Shown piece after piece: positions 63,031 to 64,000 of a DNA stretch of 64,000 bases. This DNA comes from Selaginella moellendorffii (lineage: Eukaryota > Plantae > Lycopodiophyta). The notes beneath the pieces were generated by a model that saw only the letters and a program-made list of their open reading frames with translations, did not search any database and was not told the origin of the DNA. Positions within the stretch are counted from its first letter, which is position 1. Every line of letters starts with the position of its first letter. The stretch spans positions 3,026,603 to 3,090,602 of the forward strand of contig NW_003314262.1 in NCBI RefSeq assembly GCF_000143415.4, written 5' to 3'. The position numbers were made by a program, and so were the translations under genes.

Positions 63031-64000
63031 GTCTTTTACTACTCATGCAACTTCTTGTATCCCAGAAGAATCTTTATATCAAGACATTCCATTGCAATAA
63101 CAGAAAAATATTATTGATGTTAAGATTTCCACCCAAGAAATAAAGGATACCAATCTAAAAAACACTACTAATGTTGATACATATAGCCAACTTCATTACA
63201 TATCTAACATTAAATATCATGGCCATAACCACGTCCTGATCATTAGCTTTGAACATAAGTAGCAGTCACATCAACCTCTTTTCCCACAATAAGTGAAGCT
63301 AAAACATGTGCAAAAACAAGTGATAGATATGATATTTCATAATATTGTGTCAATTAAAAAGTATCGCTAAGGGTGGTTAGGCCAAGTGGATATATAATTC
63401 CTACAAATTTTTAATAAAACATTGGCCATAATATTCCCAACTTGATTCGTTCAAATATATTTACCTCTACACAAAATAATAGGCTCTAAGAGTGAACACC
63501 AAATTGCATAATTGACTCAAATGGCTTATGACTAAAATGGTACAATTACTAAAAGGCATCATCACAATTATCAATATATCTAAGTGTGTATTTGAAGAAG
63601 TCCGAAAGAAAGCTTCAATCTGCATAAGTGGTTACACTCAAACTATTATAATATTGTAACACCATCCCTTGGAGATATGTGGGAAACTTATGCAAATGTT
63701 AGATAACATCCCAAAAATAGTGTTTGGCAATCATTATAAAATGATTAAACCAATAGCACATATCATCCCTAGGATTCTCAAAACAATTAAACTTAGCAAT
63801 GCTACATTCATGACATATGGTGCAGCTCTTTCTATTTTTATTGTCAATCCTTATATTTAGCTAGAGATATAACCACATAACATTGAAAAATTGCACCATT
63901 GCTACTTTAGAGTTAAAGAAGGAGGAGGATGTTGCTTTGTTAAGAACAAGAATGAAAAAAAGAAAAAAAAAAACATGAAAAAAGTTATAACAATAAGAAA

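Noticed and set aside
61300-64000. AT-rich region with an HNHP-like word (~62310, minus) hinting at a MULE-type relic
   Set aside because: A single short motif with many stops and no termini found.

Overview
Eukaryotic, land-plant nuclear DNA. Very short introns (about 40-65 bp), tight gene packing and a centriole gene (CEP120) point to a plant with flagellated sperm and a compact genome, most consistent with the lycophyte Selaginella (inference). 0.9-31.3 kb is a dense gene island: a tandem cluster of small secreted Cys/Trp-rich repeat peptides (2 intact, 2 pseudogenes, plus a relic at 15.5 kb), SEC24C-like, an orphan gene, an ENTH/epsin with a gliadin-like Gln repeat, PAI (trpF), an RRM+zinc-knuckle gene with an inverted pseudogene copy, CEP120, MYB3R, UBA5, MFAP1 and a P-class PPR. 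31.4-50.3 kb is AT-rich: an interrupted bulb-lectin ORF, a PIF/Harbinger transposon carrying a nested LTR retroelement, a solo LTR and a chromovirus remnant. 51.9-56.4 kb holds an RLCK-V-type kinase and a COV1/LCV gene. 57-64 kb holds another solo LTR, a gag remnant and decayed AT-rich DNA. The best candidate for an undescribed system is the family of modular secreted peptides built from [C-x2-G/N-W-x-W-x4-C-x2]n at 0.9-3.9 kb. Exon boundaries were read by eye. Coordinates of multi-exon genes are start-to-stop spans.
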